DNA from: Convolutriloba macropyga
Taxonomy: Eukaryota
Direction of reading: 5' to 3'
DNA length: 64,000 nt
Assembly (NCBI RefSeq): GCF_964194025.1
Contig: NC_134473.1
Coordinates: 11,780,001 to 11,844,000 of the forward strand
Program-made: the position numbers and the translations under genes
In this document: positions 61,001 to 64,000 of the stretch, in pieces
Numbering within the stretch: position 1 is the stretch's first letter
How the letters are laid out: each line of letters starts with the position of its first letter
Notes under the pieces: generated by a model
What the model saw: the letters and a program-made list of their open reading frames with translations, nothing else
What the model was told of the DNA's origin: nothing
Databases searched by the model: none

Positions 61001-64000
61001 AAACCAAAAATACAGGAAAATGGCAATATTTCACAATACCAATAAACCTACTGTAAAAATGACTAAAGAGAAAATTGCAACTTCCTTACAGAATTACAAC
61101 TTCCTTCAAATAAACGCATACTGACCAAATCTTTTACTGATTCACAGTCCTCATGGCTCATGCAGTTGCTACTACACCAAAAATCCCAGAAAAAAGAAAA
61201 GCAATATTTCACAATACTAATAAAACCTTTTTTAAAACTGATTATAGAGAAAATTGCAATTTCTTTAAATAATGACAAGTTTTTTTTCAAATAAACGCAT
61301 TCTGACCAAATCTTTTGCAGGTTCACAGTTCACCTCGCTCAAATAACTGGTTCTACATCAGAAATACCGGAAAATAGCACTATATGACAATACCAATAAA
61401 ACCTATTTTAAAACTGATTTTAATTATAGAGAAAATTGCAACTCTTTAAATAATGACAACTTTTTTTTAAATAAGCTTATTCTGACCATATCTTTTGCAG
61501 ATTCACAGTCCTCAAACTCCATTCAGTTGCTTCTATACCAAAAATCTCGGAAAAAGGCAATATTTCACAATACTAACAAAACCTATTTTAAAACTGATGA
61601 TAGAGAAAACTGCAACTTCTTTAAATAATGACAACTTTTTTTCAATTAAACGTATTCTAGTCGTTTCTTTTATAGTTTCACATAGCCCATAAAACTAGTT
61701 CTAAACCAAAAATACAGGAAAATAGCAATATTTCACAATACCAATAAACCTACTGTAAAAATGACTAAAGAGAAAATTGCAACTTCCTTACATAATTACA
61801 ACTTCTTTCAAATAAACGCATACTGACCAAATTGTTTACTAATTCACAGTCCTCATGGCCCATGCAGTTGCTAATACACCAAAAATCTCAGAAAAAAGAA
61901 AAGCATTATTTCACAAAACTAATAAAACCTTTTTAAAACGATTATAGAGAAAATTGTAATTTCTTTAAATAATGACAAGTTTTTTTCAAATAAACGCATT
62001 CTGACCAAATCTTTTGCAGTTTCACAGTTCACCTCGCTCATATAACTGGTTCTAAATCAAAAATACCGGAAAATAGCACTATATCACAATACCAATAAAA
62101 CCTATTTTAAAACTGATTTTAATTATAGAGAAAATTGCAACTCTTTAAATAAAGACAACTTTTTTCAAATAAACGTATTCTGTCCATTTCTTTTGCAGAT
62201 TCACAGTTCACATAGCCCATTCAACTGATTCTAAACCAAAAATACCGGAAAAAGGCAATATTTCACAATACCAATAAAACCTATTTTAAAAATGATTATA
62301 GAGGAAATTGCAACTTCTCTAAATAATGACAACTTTTTTTCAAATAAACGTACTCTAGTCGTTTCTTTTATAGTTCCACAGTTCACATAGCCCATAAAAC
62401 TAGTTCTAAACCAAAAATACAGGAAAATAGCAATATTTCACAATACCAATAAACCTACTCTAAAAATGACTAAAGAGAAAATTGCAACTTCCTTACATAA
62501 TTACAACTTCTTTCAAATAAACGCATACTGATCAAATCTTTTACTGATTCACAGTCCACAAGGCCCATGCAGTTGCTACTACACCAAAAATCCCAGAAAA
62601 AAGAAAAGCAATATTTCACAATACTAATAGAACCTTTTTTAAAACTGATTATAGAGAAAATTGCAATTTCTTTAAATAATGACAAGTTTTTTTCAAATAA
62701 ACGCATTCTGACCAAATCTTTTGCAGGTTCACAGTTCACCTCGCTCATATAACTGGTTCTAAATCAAAAATACCGGAAAATAGCACTATATCACAATACC
62801 AATAAAACCTATTTTAAAACTGATTTCAATTATAGAGAAAATTGCATCTCTTTAAATAATGACAACTTTTTTTAAATAAGATTATTCTGACCATATCTTT
62901 TGCAGATTCACAGTCCTCAAACTCCATTCAGTTGCTTCTATACCAGAAGTCTCGGAAAAAGGCAATATTTCACAGAACCGACAAAACCTATTTTAAAACT
63001 GATTATAGAGAAAATTATAACTTGCTTACATAATGACAACTTTTTTCAAATAAGCACATTCTGACCAAATCTTTTGCAGATGCACAGTCCTCATAAACAT
63101 TAGGTTGATTCTATACCACAAAACCGGAAAATAGCAATATTTTACAATACTAATAAAACCTTTTTTAAAACTGAATATAGAGAAAATTGCAACTTCTTTA
63201 TATAAAGTTAACTTTTTTTCAAATAAACACATTCTGACCAAATCTTTTACTGATTCACAGTCCTCATGGCCCATGCAGTTGCTACTACACCAAAAATCCC
63301 AGAAAAAAGAAAAGCAATATTTCACAATACTAATAAAACCTTTTTTAAAACTGATTATAGAGAAAATTGCAATTTCTTTAAATAATGACAAGTTTGTTTT
63401 CAAATAAACGCATTCTGACCAAATCTTTTGCAGGTTCACAGTTCACCTAGCCCATACAACTGGTTCTAAATCAAAAATACCGGAAAATAGCACTATATCA
63501 CAATACCAATAAAATCTATTTTAAAACTGATTATAGAGAAAATTGCAACTTCTTAACTGCAACTTCTTTAAATAATGACAACTTTTTTTCAAATAAACCT
63601 ATTCTGTCCATTTCTTTTGCAGATTCACAGTTCACATAGTCCATACAACTGGTTCTAGATCAGAAATGCTGGAAAATAGCACTATATCACAATACCAATA
63701 AAACCTATTTTAAAACTGATTATAGAGAAAATTGCAACTTCTTTAAATAATGACAACTTTTTTTCAAATAAACATATTCTGTCGATTTCTTTTGCAGATT
63801 CGCAGTTCACATAACCTATACAACTAGTTCTAAATCAAAAATGCCGGAAAAAGCTAAATTTCACAGTACCAATAAAACCTATTTAAAAACTGATTATAAT
63901 TATAGAGAAAATTGCAACTTCTTTAAATAATGACAACTTTTTTTCAAATAAACGTATTCTGGCCATTTCTTTTACAGATTCACAGATCACATAGACCATT
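58085..64000. repeat. AT-rich satellite DNA, ~175-182-bp monomer, more than 30 copies, runs off the window end
   Basis: AATAATGACAACTTTTTTTCAAATAA..GCAGATTCACAGTTCACATAG..GAGAAAATTGCAACTTCTTTA recurs at 58085, 58261, ~58442, 58616, 58791 and onward. Confidence 0.97.

Noticed and set aside
58445-63439. Repeated short ORFs within the satellite
   Set aside because: By-products of the tandem monomer; no coding signature.

Overview
AT-rich, repeat-dense eukaryotic (probably invertebrate animal) genomic DNA; I cannot identify the organism. Bases 1-6983 are a near-complete but decayed BEL/Pao LTR retrotransposon inserted into a 32-bp satellite/foldback block. The window ends in a ~175-182-bp satellite array (about 58.1-64 kb) that has a ~705-bp higher-order repeat. 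The main hidden structure lies between them: a ~20-kb tandemly duplicated cassette of orphan coding exons. It comprises a three-exon gene 'A' (A1 16417-27432; A2 37310-47399, whose exon 2 is absent from the ORF track) followed by a coding exon 'B' (B1 ~34505-34881; B2 ~52315-52688). The two copies keep splice phases and reading frames but only ~40-50% amino-acid identity in the alignable parts. They are threaded by about 10 copies of a Helentron/HINE-like element, all in the same orientation. The rest is LINE remnants (CR1/L2-like RT; a CRE-like RLE tail), CCC..GGG and CAC..GTG MITE-like elements, local tandem duplications and microsatellites. All alignments were done by eye; no database searches were possible.
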